From assembly GCF_006345805.1 (NCBI RefSeq), contig NC_043001.1, positions 115,630,001-115,694,000 of the forward strand: a stretch of 64,000 bases of DNA, read 5' to 3'. Of this stretch, positions 27,489 to 41,090 are shown in pieces. The stretch is from Octopus sinensis. Lineage: Eukaryota. A model generated the notes under the pieces. That model saw only the letters and a program-made list of their open reading frames with translations. It had not been told where the DNA came from and did no database searches. The position numbers and the translations under genes were made by a program. Numbering within the stretch: position 1 is the stretch's first letter; each line of letters begins with the position of its first letter.

Positions 27489-27489
<1 letters not shown>
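26198..27489 (+). mobile_element. Full-length 1292 bp mariner (DD34D, irritans/Hsmar2-like), non-functional
   Basis: TIRs cgaggggcgttcaataagtaat at both ends and TA TSD. Transposase 26365-27416 has QDETW, QDNAP-34-SDFHLF and YSPDL, one 1 bp deletion in the C-run 26553-26557 and a premature TAA at 27366. Confidence 0.97.
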
Positions 27490-27575
<86 letters not shown>

Positions 27576-28259
27576 GAGAGAGAGAGAGAGTGGATATGCA
27601 TGTGTAGAATGTATAAGTATATGCATACATGTATGTATGTATAAATATATGCATATATGTATATGTTTACATACGTGAGACAGAAAGACAGGGAGCGTGT
27701 GTGTTAGAGAATAAAAGTGAGTAAGAGTGAGAGTATGAGAGAGTGAGTCTCAGACATTTGGTCCTTGTTAAATGCATGTCAGTCGCCCACTTGAGGAAAT
27801 AATATACATCGTAAACAAAGTAATTAACTCTCTAATTATCCCATTTAATTACTTCATATGAGCTGTTATTATTAATTCCCACCTTGCTATTAAGAACATG
27901 TTTGCATTCCAGGAAATAATGGCCATCAAACTTGAGTTTACCATATCAATATGTATCTATCTATCCTATCCATCTATGTGCGTGTATGCGTATATATATT
28001 TATATATATGTAGTTTGTGCATGTGTGTGTGTGTGTGTGCGTGCGCGTGCGTATTTGTAAGTATCTTGTAATGGGTGCAGGGTGGACGAAAGATGAACGT
28101 GGAGCTAAAACCGAAGAAGGCGGTGTGATGAGAAGAATAATTGGATGTGGTAGATTTTAGTGCAAACATACATCTTTTAGACGAGACAACATTGTGTAGG
28201 CATGAGGAGTGGGTCAGGCTGCAGCCCTTTTCTACATACACCTCTCTCTTTCTCTTTCT

Positions 28260-28302
<43 letters not shown>

Positions 28303-28642
28303 GCATACATACATGCATACATATATGTGTGTATGTGAATGCATGCATGTGAGAGGGAGACAGAAAGAGACAAAGACATAGCGAAAAGTAGATTGAGAGT
28401 AACAAATATACTCGTGCTGTATCGAATAGACTGGAAGAGAGCGAAATGAAGTCCAATGGCTCTCCGTGTCGCTTTATCCAGAAACGGAATCCAAATAGGT
28501 TGAATTATTTTATCAAACATGAATCGGAATATTACATTGATTAAATATATCAATTAAAAACAAAGAAACATTTGTTTCTTGGTCATCTTGAAATTCAAAT
28601 CCATGTCTTTCTTTCGAACCTGATATACATAAGTGGGTGTGC

Positions 28643-28707
<65 letters not shown>

Positions 28708-28923
28708 GGTTATGAGAGGTAATGATGTCAAGAAGACCCAAAGGTGTCAGGTAATGCTGAGTAAATGGTATGGACAGACTATAGTTAAGCTCCAGGTTCG
28801 ATGATTATAGGAATGAGGTTCCAACGTAGGTCATATATCAGCATGTGTATATATAAAAAGATCACAGAAAAAGATTTTTAAAAAATCCAAGGCTATGAAA
28901 GATTTCAGAACATTTATAAAGAG

Positions 28924-28971
28924 ATCTTACAGCTGTTTCCGGGATATTTCATAAATCCCTTCATCAGAGAC
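28924..28971 (-). ncRNA. Minimal type I hammerhead ribozyme motif (Penelope type), intact core
   Basis: GUCU-CUGAUGA-A-GGGAU(9 nt loop)AUCCC-G-GAAAC-AGCU-GUA-AGAU. Both conserved boxes present, palindromic stem III (ACAGCUGU), GUA cleavage triplet, 4 bp stem I. One extra nucleotide on each side of stem II. Confidence 0.65.
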
Positions 28972-29035
28972 GGTGCGAGAAAATGGTTAAGCAATAGTTA
29001 TTATAGAGAATATTGCTTAACCATTTTCTCGCACC

Positions 29036-29082
29036 GTCTCTGATGAAGAGATATATAAATATCCCAGAAAAAGCTGAAAGAC
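29036..29082 (+). ncRNA. Degenerate hammerhead motif (inverted partner)
   Basis: GUCU-CUGAUGA-A-GAGAU..AUCCC-A-GAAAA-AGCU-GAA-AGAC. GAAAC>GAAAA and GUA>GAA suggest it is inactive. Confidence 0.55.
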
Positions 29083-29204
29083 CTCTTTATAAATGTTCTG
29101 AAATCTTTCATAGCCTTGGATTCTTTATCTCATTCTGTTAATTAACACACACACACACACACATATACATTTTCCCGAGTATCTATCTATCTATCTATAT
29201 ATGA

Positions 29205-29455
29205 TTGACTCTCCCTTCGAAGGCAACGTATGATTTGTCTATAGTGATCAAATGTTCGTGCCGCACATTAGCTCCATCAAATCGACGTTGTCTGAACAGG
29301 TGCACAGTGTGCCACCCGTCACGTGTCGAAGTGATCGCAGAGCAGCGTGAGATGAAGTGTTTTGCTCAAGAACACAACACACTACCCGGTCTGGGAATTG
29401 AATCCACGATCTCGCGATTGTTAGTCCAGCACCCTATCCACTAGGCCACACGCTC
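29205..29455 (-). mobile_element. tRNA-derived SINE
   Basis: Reverse-complement head ggagcgtgtggcctagtggatagggtgctgg...ggattcaattccc followed by the SINE body. Confidence 0.8.
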
Positions 29456-29462
29456 CCCATAA

Positions 29463-29498
<36 letters not shown>

Positions 29499-29866
29499 GT
29501 GAATTTAAGCATTTAAACAGTTGGCGTGTGTCGTATCTGTGGACCCCAGCCTGATATTGGTTGACACTAACAAATATATGCGAACTGAGATGAGTGGGCT
29601 CTGATGCCTTTCCAGTTATATGATAGTCCCGTGTTTAGTAGGAGTTATATCTCAAACACAGTCTGGAATCGAACCCGCGTCTGCTGAAGCACACTGAAAA
29701 TGTATAATTACAGCAAATAAGAAGATAAGAGATAATTACTGCTTTGATGTTGAACAGTATTGTACATTTGGTTAACTTAAAAATTCAGGATTTATTTAAC
29801 AAACACTAAATATCACTTGTCTGTTGGCCTTTGTCTGTCTGTGAACAAAGCGGTAAAGAGAGAGGC

Positions 29867-29956
<90 letters not shown>

Positions 29957-30126
29957 TGGACAGGAGGAACATAAAAGCTGCGACGTGTGTTTATGCACGT
30001 TTCATCATCATCATCATCATCATCAGTATCATCATCGTCGTCGTCGTCATCATCGTCATCTAATATTTTCTCATGCTGGTATGAAGGGGATGCGTCATCA
30101 CACACCCTGTGAGTTTATATTTGAAG

Positions 30127-30288
30127 ATATTTCTCCCATAGACAGCTTGGAGTGACCCACATTGATGCTGAAATAACATCCTGAATTTTTTGGAAAAACA
30201 ACATTTCTCTCTCTTTTCCTATTTTATCATGTTGTATACCCTCTCTCTCTCTCTATCTCTTTCTCTCTCTCTGTCTCTATCTCTTTCA

Positions 30289-30347
<59 letters not shown>

Positions 30348-30529
30348 TATATAGAGAGAGAGTGAAAGAGATAGAGACAGAAAGAGAGAAAAAGAGAGAG
30401 AGAGAGAGAGAGAGGGGTATACAACATGATAAAATAGGAAAAGAGAGAGAAATGTTGTTTTCCCAAAATATTCAGGATGTTATTTCAGCATCAATGTGGG
30501 TCACTCCAAGCTGTCTATGGGAGAAATAT
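30127..30529. repeat. About 400 bp palindrome centred on a (TA)n tract
   Basis: atatttctcccatagacagcttggagtgaccc...(CT)n, then (TA)n at about 30310-30353, then (AG)n...gggtcactccaagctgtctatgggagaaatat. Confidence 0.95.
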
Positions 30530-30623
30530 ATTGACACAAATAATATCAGTTACGTTTCCTACGATAAAATAAAGAATATACATAGTTAAGGGGTTTGTAT
30601 ATATAAAAGGGCTTCCTTTATAT

Positions 30624-30857
30624 AATATTTATAAGAAATCTAGAAATGGAGCTTATATATCTATTAATCTAGAAACCAAAGTGTTTGCAACAAAACTACA
30701 AATAGATGATAGGATAGACTATCTGGCACGCACGACCCTTTTTCCAACGGTGAAGGACCATAAAGTAAACTTAGAGAATAGACCTTAGTGTAGATTGCTT
30801 AACCCAGCAAAGACTGAGTTAGCTGTGGTGTGGAAAGAAATATTAGAAAGGACCATT
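30624..30857 (+). mobile_element. Penelope-like element RT N-terminal fragment
   Basis: NIYKKS...SINLETKVFATKLQIDDRIDYLA...TVKDHKVNLENRP*CRLLNPAKTELAVVWKEILER matches the PLE TLKDHK...CRLINPAKSELG motif. Confidence 0.7.
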
Positions 30858-31136
30858 TTCGGAGAAAAGGTAGGTTCCTTATTAAGACTAGAAGAAAAAT
30901 CGCCCCCCGCACAAACCATAGAAGGGAAAAGATGTATCGCAAATGACAATAAATGTGGTTGATCTGTTCAGTCTTGCTTTTGTACGGCCTACATTTGTTG
31001 TGTGTCAGTGTGTTTTGCCTTCTATGCTGTAGGTAGTTGGCGGAGATCTCTTGATTTTGAATTGCATGGAGATAGCTTTCAAAGTGGGATGTCATAAATT
31101 AATCGCTCCTCCATGCCTAACTTCTGACATGATCAA

Positions 31137-31807
31137 TCTCTGGATCATAGTGATAGACCCAGGTTTCATCTTGTGTAATCAGTCTTTTGAAAAATGTTGA
31201 CTCATCTTCTTGGCACATCTCTAAATTCATCCTCGAGGAATCGACGCGTTCTTGCTTCTGGAAAGGTGTGAGCAGCCTGAGAATCCATCTGGCAGACACC
31301 TTTTGCATATGCAAATGGTCATGAATGGTAGTTTCCTCAGACCCGGTGCTAATCTTGACCTCATGCGCTATTTGGCGAATAGTTATGCGTCGATCTTCCA
31401 AAATTACAGCCTCAACTTGACGGACAGATGCCTTATCAATGGCAGAAGGGGGCGACCAGATCTGGGAGCTGTTTCCACAGAGTTCCAACCATGTTTGAAT
31501 TCACGATGCCAGCATTTTACAAGTTCATATGATGGGGCATCATCACCATAAGTTACTCTCATTTCATCAAAAGTACCCCGTGGTGTGCGTCCTTTCAAAT
31601 ACAAAAACCGGATCACTGCTCGACACTCAACAGGCTCCATTTCCCACTTGCCTCAGTTCAAATACCTGTAAATCAGAAAACACAAATAGTTCAGAGCTGT
31701 AATTTGCCACTTAATCTATAGAGATATAAATAATTGCACAGGCAAAATTTTAGCTAGATCAAACAACTGCAAGTGGGTCAGAGGTATTACTTATTGAACG
31801 CCCCTCG
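31137..31807 (-). mobile_element. 5' half of the same mariner, truncated at the palindrome boundary
   Basis: Protein translation identical to the left copy up to YHYDPE, including the frameshift, then an unrelated junction. Confidence 0.97.
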
Positions 31808-31815
31808 TATATCTA

Positions 31816-31910
<95 letters not shown>

Positions 31911-34019
31911 ATCTATCTATCTATATATATATATATGTTTGTGTGAGTGTGTGTGTGTATGTATGTATGTATGTATGTATGTATGTATGTATGTATGTAT
32001 GTATGTATAAAGGCTAAAGACCCCCTTCGGTCATGAATGAGCATGAGGTTGCACTTAGAAAGTTCCCCTTGGAGGCATAAATCCGAGCAAGGCTGTTTAT
32101 GGAAGATCAGAAGCCGCCCATGCATACTGGCCCCTCCCCTCCACGCCACCGATGTTATCCAAGGGAAAGGCAAAGAGGGCCGATACAGCTTGGAAGCAGT
32201 GAGGGGTCACAGCTCATTTCTATCGATTAGTGAACTGGAGTAACGTGAGATAAAGTGTTTTGCCCAAGAACACAACACACAGCTCGGACCAGGATTCGAA
32301 CTCACAACCTCATGATTGTGATTCCAATGCTCACACACAAGAGTCAGCTGGAAGGTTCATTAGCTTATCAGTAAATCTAATGGAATGTGACCAAATGAGT
32401 TTTATTTTTCAACCTTCTCCCCCTTATGGTCCACACACATCTTCCATCAGTGTTGTGGTATTTGGGACCCATTGATGAACAAGCTTTCTTCCTGCTGCTC
32501 CAAAATGTCATCAACAGCAGACATGTCGTCGTCATCACTGCGATAATGCTTCCCAGCCAGATGTTGCTTTTTGGGGTTTAGTTTTTCATATTTGGAAACA
32601 AATGACAGTCAGGGGCCAAATCAGAGGAACAGGGAAGCTGGTCAACCACTTCAAAGCCACAGTCATATACAATAGCCATTGGAACCAAGGACTGACTTGT
32701 GTACTGGGGCATTGTCCTGGCGAAATATGACCCCTTTTGGCAGGTTGCCTGGCCGTTTGGTCTTGATATCTTTTCGTAACCGCCTCAGCATGTTAGCACA
32801 TGTGATTCAGTCAACCCTGCATGAAACCATAAAATAATGTCTTATAAAATCAGAGAGAAGGTGAAATAATTCATTCTTGGAACAATTTAGTCCCAAAATA
32901 AATGATGCTGTAAATAAGAGGGCTTTAATACTTGGTTAAAATCCACTTTGGATACAGAAATTGGCTGGGTTGCATTGGTCCAGAGGTAGAACGCTTGTGT
33001 AATTTACAGGAGATGTTGGTTCGAGTTATACGGGAAGCGTTCAGCTTTATCTATTGAGAGGGTTTTTAACCTAATATTTAGCCCCTATTATGTATAGCTT
33101 TATTGACTACAAGTTCTACAATACACAACCATATAAAAATATTCTTTTCTTCTCTAGGAACAAAGCCGGAAATTTTGGAGGAGGGGAAGTCGATTAGATC
33201 GACTCCAGTACGCAACTGGTAATTAATTTATCGACCCCGAAAGGATGAAAAGCAAAGTCGACCTCGGTGGAATTTGAACTCAGAACGTAAAGACAGACGA
33301 AATACCGCAAAGCATTTAATTCAAACGTGAATTAAAGGACGCAACGCGTTGCCTGGAATCGAACTGACAACCATACGATCGTGAGTCGAATGCCCTAACC
33401 ACTCAGCCACCCACCTTCAAGGTATTGACCTATCATCGACGTGTGACAATCATAGTTGTCAACGAGAAGTCAGCTCCCCTCACAAATACATATACTTTTT
33501 CCAGTATCGATTGACACTGATATTGAAAAAGTGAAATCAAACAATGATAAATCTCAGAGCGAGTTATAAACAGTAGCGGCAACACATCGTGACGTATATT
33601 TTCCATTTGAATATGGCTAACCCCTAAGGGTGGATGCTACTGTAGTTTGTAGCCCCAGGAAGACACCTCTTCCAGCTGGCTATAGACACACTTTCCGTGC
33701 CCTATCAGTATTTGCAAAGGGAAGTCATCCTTCCCGTCTTCAACTTATGATACACACGGACTCGAGTTTCAAGGTATTGACCTATCATCGGCGTGTGACA
33801 ATCACAGTTGTAGACGAGAAGTCAGTTAATTACAGGATGCGATATTCAAGAAAGAATAATGTGTGGGGTTGTCAGGAAGAGGAGATTAGGTATAGAGGCC
33901 CTTAGAACATGGAAAGGAAACTGCATAAACAAATGAAAAAATCTAAAATTCTTTGAAATACTTTCACCACAATTTACAACACAGGAATATTAAACATAGT
34001 AAACAAGAAACCATAGAAA

Positions 34020-34372
<353 letters not shown>

Positions 34373-37300
34373 CTCTTTTATGAGGTGTTAAGGGAAAAAA
34401 TCTATTCTATAATTTTTTTCTCTCTCTTTTCTCTTACTTTTCCTCTCAAATCCCAGTCAATATATTTTTCTTGCTTTTGTTTTTATATTTTGTTCCTTAC
34501 ATACACTTCTGCTGCTGTATTTCTGTCCAGTGTTACCTTTGTTTAGCAACACTTCCATAAATTTATCAAACCTTAATCATGACACAGTCTTATCTTCTTG
34601 ACATTCCAGTCAATAATGTTCAGAAATTTGGCTAAATATATTATTTCAGAGCAAATGTTTCACAGGAATTCTTCCACAGATTTGTAAAAACGATGTTATA
34701 CATGTTTTGTATATTTTCGTTTAGTCTTTAAAACATGGTAGATATTGATGATGCTTCTTCTGTCATCTGATGTTTTGAAATTATAAAGAAACAGCAGTGT
34801 AAAATGTGGAGGCTACTTAAAAAATACAGATTTATTTCTACTGAGATAAACTGTAGAAACAAACATTTACCTTAACAACTGAGCTGGATGCCAACAGCTC
34901 CATAAAGAAATGCCAATCTCTCAAAGTAGATGGGAGTGGGACACCCAAGAAGATATGGGAGAGTTTCAGGTGATATGATAAAGACAAAGGTGCCTGGCAC
35001 CCAGCTGTACCCAAGAAAATCTGTACTCCACAGCAGAAATATTCAGACTCATCCGTCTGGTGGCAAAAAACACTTGTGACCTTTCTTCATAAAAGCAGAT
35101 GTGCAGTGCCATGTTAAAGTGGCACCACATTAAAGCAACTCTGTGGTGGCACATAAAATTGCCTGTGCAGTGCCACATAAAAGCAACCTGTGAACTGTGA
35201 GGTGGTTGGCACGAGGAAGGGCATTTAGCTCTCGGAACCATCGAATCGCTTCCAGTATAGACAACATAGGTCGAAAGATGACGATGAACTTCATTTATTA
35301 AAATTTACATCATAGAATCTTGTGTGAAGCTTAGATATTTGTCAACTCCACTGACACCTTCACATTGTGTAAGGCTTTTCAAATAAAACTACAGAATGGT
35401 GGACACTAACATTAGTCTTTCTCCAGAAATATAACTTGACATTGTTGTTTAGATCCAGGTCAGTTCTGACTGAACAGACGTGTGATTATAGACATTCCAC
35501 CCATGAACATCCTGTCTATTTCTCTTACATTCTATATATATAATTATGTCAGTCTTCAATATTTGTAACCCATAGGAGAAATTGAAGAGAAATGTGCTGT
35601 TATTTCTAGTAGGTCATGTTGTCACATGGAGAACTGCCGGAACTACAATTTTTATGACAGATGAAGCAAGAATAAACATTGATGAATAATGAAAAGCCAA
35701 GAAAATTAGGAAAACAACTTTGATTTCCAACGATGTGATTTCAAGTTCAGTTCCACAGAGCAGCACCTTGAGCAAGTGTCTTCTTTAATAGCAGCATCTA
35801 ATGCTGTCATCATTTGGATCAACAAAACAGTGAATCGCTGACAATTTAACGGGGTTATACAAGTTGCCGAGACCCACACAGGAACAGCCCAATCGAATAT
35901 CAAACGGGTTTCATGAAATATTCGTATATTACTCTCATCACTTCTGGTTTCCATCATAAAATACACTTTTTGAAGGACAATTTACTTTCATAGAATATAG
36001 ATTTATATTTAGCAGCAGATTTTTAGGGGAATTTCTAGGGAAAGGAAGAAAAAACATTAAAAGTATAAAAGATTAAACCCCTCGCCACCCATCTTCTACT
36101 GGTTAATCCTTTCCCACTTCTTTCGTTTCCTTTGTTTCGTTGGTGAAATAATTCCCTTTTTCTTCTGTCGATTATTTCATCTTTTAATACTTTCTCTTTC
36201 ACCATCTAAAAATATTTTGCCAAATAAGAATTTATATTCTATTATACGACCAAAAACAAATTCATCCTTTAACGACGGTATACATCATTAGGCGTAACTT
36301 CGGTATAAGTACCGGAAGCATTTCAAGAAAGTGTTTTTTTAATATATATGGTGGGGTCATGGTTAGGGTTAGGGTGGGAGAAAAGGGTTTCTGTTATCTT
36401 CAGAAATGTATACAAAGCTACGTCCGGTACTAATGGTACCTATACCGAAGGATCGCCCATTATCATACCCAAGAATTGCAATGGTGTTCGGTAGCTTAAA
36501 AACGGGTGCAAATCATATTTTTATAACTTTTCATAGAAACATCTTTAAATCGAGAAAGAAACTTCCTCAATCACAAGGTTAATACGATATTAGGAGGTTT
36601 GCTTAAGTTGAAAATGATTCAACCATTTTGCTGGCGTATGTCATGTGATTAAGACGTCGTCATTCTAATATGGTGATATGAGTTGCGATTACCTGCTTCT
36701 TACACAATGGTCTTAACAATGGTTGTTTCAAGAAGAACCTAACTCAAATTCTTACGGTGGAATAAACAAGAGTTTTTCTGATTATTAACTTTGCTTCCTT
36801 ACAAATACCAAGCAGTAAACTTAGTAAAAATGTAAGACAAACAAAAACATTGTCATTAGCTTACCTGTTTACCCTTAAACAACAACCTGCTTTAGTCCAC
36901 CTCTTGCCAAAGACAAAATTGATTCTATTGTGTATCATTAATTATCCATTTTACCAATGACGCTAACCTCGATTTCATTAAATTACATTAATATATTTAA
37001 TAGAATTATTTTACAGATAACATTTCAAATGGAAATTAGGAATGGAACCTGTTCTCAGTCAATCTGACATACAAAAACTTTGAGTAAAAGTAACATTTAC
37101 AGAAATCAATTAGATATCATTATTTTCTACTCACCTACTTGCCACCAATCGCTTCCCAATTGCCGTGCCACTTTCAGGAGATCCTTCTCCTTCAGTTTTT
37201 TAGTATCTGAAATAAATACTTCCATGTTTTACATTTTATAGTAAAATTCCTTAATCTTAATTAATAATCGATATTTTATTATCGTAAGATATTCGTATCA

Positions 37301-38769
37301 TCAATGGCCAAATGGGGACCGCAACTGTTTTGCCCAACATTTTCAAACGTTTTACAATGGTACCATACAATAGCTTAATATCCAGCTAATCTTCCTAAAT
37401 CACTTTTATTTATTAAGGTATCCTACATATGATGGTCGGTTGAAAAGTTCATATTCTGACAAAGATACTCTCAACGAATGTGAGCAAATGAGAGTTTTTT
37501 TTTCAACACCTCCTCCTTGAGGTCCACGCAATTCTTCCGTTGGTATTTCAGTTCTTGAATCCCATTGGTGAACAAGCTTTCATCCTTTTGCTCAAAAAAG
37601 TCCTCAGCAACAGATACGATGTCATCGTCAATGCGATGACGATTCCCAACCGAGTATTTTTGAAAGTTGATGTACAAACGATAGTCAGAAGGGGGTAAAT
37701 CGGAAGAAGAAGTAAGGTGATCAACTAGTTCAAAACCAGGGCCATGCTCAACAGCCATTGAAGGCAAGGACGTATGTGCTGCGGCATTGTCTTGTTTTGA
37801 TGATACAGAACCCGTTGCATTAGTTTCCCGGGGCATTTGGTCTCGATAGTCTTTTGTAACTGCTTCAGTAAGATGGTATAATACCCTCCCTTGATGGCAG
37901 AGCCCTTCTGAAAATAGTCAATAAACACAATGCCTTTTGCATCACAAAAATCTGAGACTATCCCCTTCCATGCAGATGAAACAATGTCGGCCTTCCTTGG
38001 AACAGGTAAAGACGTGTGTTTCTACTGCATGGATTATCTTTTTGTCTGAGGCTCAAAGTGTTTAATCCAACACTCATCGTGGCTTAAGAAAGGTTCAAGG
38101 AATTCAGCTGAGTCTGCTTCAAGCAATGTCGGATTTTAGAATAATGTGATTAGTCTAGTGTGCTTTTGATCAGGTCTTAGAAGACGTGGCACCCACCAAA
38201 CAGAAACCATTGTCATGCCAAGTGCAGAATATTCTCAAATCTGTCACCGAAAATGCTAATACCATTGGCTATTTGATTTATAGTCAATCACCCGTCATCC
38301 ATCACCATGCGGTGAAAATGTTAAATGTTTTCCTCGGTGGTGAAAGTAGCAGGACGTCCAGACATTGGGTCCTTTTCAATACTCTCTGTTCGCCTCCTAA
38401 ATTCAACTGTCCACTTTTGCACAGTTGATAAAGTTGGAGTGTCATCACCTAATATAGCAACCGTGTCAGCATGATCGCCCTTGGGGAATAAACCCTTTTT
38501 CTGCACGATGCCATATTTTGTCCATTTTCAAAAGAGGTCGCTACTAGTCACATTACAAGTCTTCTTTGAACATTCAGTTGTCAATTTACGTGGAATCAAA
38601 AAGTGCAGTTATTAATAAGAAGTGTTGAAATTAATGCATGCTAGATTTTACACGCTACACTCTACATTTGCACAAACCTCATTAACTTCATATAACTAAT
38701 TATCCACACGTTATGGCGGTGAAAAATATCTGAAATGGTACACAAGAACGGATGCTCAAGAATATATAC

Positions 38770-39300
38770 GCAAGACGGAGATATAGATCAAACTGGACGC
38801 GGCAAATCTCGTATTTTCCGAGAGGTCCTCACTTATCTATTGCTTATAACCCATCCTCTCTTTCTGCCATGATCTCAATGCCTCTACTCTTATTGGACAA
38901 TGAGGTAGTGTACCATTGTCCTAAACATTTTACAGGTTTCTTTTCAACCTTTGACATGGTTTCACCTGCTATTTTGAACTTCTTCTGATGACCTTTGACA
39001 ACTGACAGACTGCATTACTTATTAGCTTTAAACCACACTCTTGACCAAGTAATTAGTCCATCCAGTCTATCCAGGACGATTTGTATATCATTTTACTCTC
39101 TTGTTATTGTTATATCATCAATTAATGCCTTCTCATGTGATTTCACTCAAGCCATTTCCTCTGATCAATCTGCTGATCTAAGTAGCTTCTCCATAACAAG
39201 CTCAAATGATCGATATTGTGCAACCTACAGGTATTTCAATTTCAAGACGATCCCACTCTGTTGTGAAATTTTCTGCCATGAACTGCATTTTGAAATTGGT
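38770..39300 (-). mobile_element. HERO-like RT fragment, right-arm mirror with 334 bp deletion
   Basis: Mirror of 17716-18240, joined directly to the mirror of 17381. Confidence 0.75.
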
Positions 39301-40724
39301 CTGAATTGACCAATAAATTTTACTTCAGCTTCTTTTGTTAATTAAACTCTTCTGCCTTGCACCAGGCATCAACAGTTCATTTTTATGCTATAGCACTCTA
39401 AATGGAAACTAAAGCTTATAACATAATTGCGTACAATACTTGTACACTTTGTCTTTATATGGTATACAAACACCTTCTGGGCGCTCTTTCCTCTTGCTGA
39501 AATCAACCAAGCTGAAATATATGATTACTGCTTTCGATGGTCATTCGGAGTTCTCATTTTTATAACTATTGCAAAACAGCCACAAGGACAGACATACTGT
39601 TGATAACAAATGATTTCATTGTTTGTTTGAAGAAAGTGCAATGATAACGTTCACACTCACACATGGTTGCTCTTAGTAACTACCTTTAGCTTACGAAGTT
39701 CTTGTTTTTATAACTATTGAAAAGCAGCCAGAAGGATAGGTATATTATTGAGAATAAATGATTTCGTTGGAGGTCTGTTATCTCCATTCCAGCCCTTGGT
39801 TGCCTAGAAGAGGTTAGAAGGGTCAAGTGGCAAAGACATCATTCTGCTTAGCGAAGGCTTCTGGGAAATGTATAACTGCTGTCATTCACAGAAAAACTAT
39901 TGTTTTACCGTGAGAAAAGTGCTGTTGAAGTGTTAAGTGAAATTTGGCAATCGAGGATTGCCACTACAAATATTTTGTGGAATAAAAAAAATTTATCTAC
40001 TCTCCTGCAAAAAGTGTAACTGTAAAAATGCAGAATTATCAGAGTAATGGGCATTGAAAAAAGTATGCATGTATAGAAATGCATGAATGAAGTCTTTAAG
40101 GTTTAAGATTCAAATTAAGGAAGTGCAATAATAATGTTTAGCAGTTCAAAATTGTGAGCAGTGAAATGCAGAATTAGGTCGGCTGATCGTGAGAATCAAA
40201 TATTGATCGCTTTGCTAAAAACTGCAGATTGTGTGGGTTAATTCCCTTGGGTTGTTTAACTAAAATATTAGTAATATGTAATAGACAGAAAGATCCTATT
40301 ATCAATATTTTTCAACAATGTAAGTATGTCACCAGGTTTCCAGACACGAGTTCTACTCACATATGAAATAAAGTATAAACGTGATATTGTCTGCTAAAAT
40401 TAGCAGTTGGACACACAAGAACTCAATATTCAAAGTAATTGAACATAAAATGGGTTATTTCCCTTGAGTGGTTAAAAAAGAAATTGTGAAGATGCTATGG
40501 GTTATTTCCCTTGGGTGTTTAAAAAAATTTAGTTATATAAGGTAGATATAAAGTTCCCTTCTAGGAGCCGTATCACCAATTTTTTCAACAATCTAAGTAT
40601 GTCATGAAATTTCCAAACATAAGTTCTACACACGTTTCAAGTTTCATCAGAATCAATAAAACGATGTAGGAGGAGTTAGCTAACATTGCCACAAACAAAC
40701 ACATACCGATTTTCCACTTATGTA

Positions 40725-40787
<63 letters not shown>

Positions 40788-40853
40788 TATACATGTACAT
40801 ATATATATACATATATATATATACATATATATACATATATATATACATATACA

Positions 40854-40885
<32 letters not shown>

Positions 40886-41090
40886 CATATATATACATAT
40901 ATATATATACATATACATATGTATATATATATACATATATATATATATATACATATATATATACATATATATATAGATATATATATATACATATATATAT
41001 ACATATATATATACATATATATATATACATATATATATACATACATATATATATATACATATTTATAAAAAATAAATAAATAAATAAATA

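Larger units (their letters stand above)
28884..29122. repeat. 239 bp imperfect hairpin (inverted Penelope-like pLTR pair)
   Basis: aatccaaggctatgaaag...ttaagcaata, 14 nt loop (28997-29010), then tattgcttaa...ctttcatagccttggatt. Confidence 0.95.
26869..31136. other. Unique 4268 bp spacer of the palindrome
   Basis: Not mirrored. Contains the 3' half of a mariner, microsatellites, a hammerhead hairpin, a SINE, a TA-centred mini-palindrome and a Penelope RT fragment. Confidence 0.95.

Noticed and set aside
29806-30155. Poly-Asp / poly-His ORFs
   Set aside because: (CAT)n/(CGT)n tract resembling an RTE tail, fused to (TA)n. Not coding.
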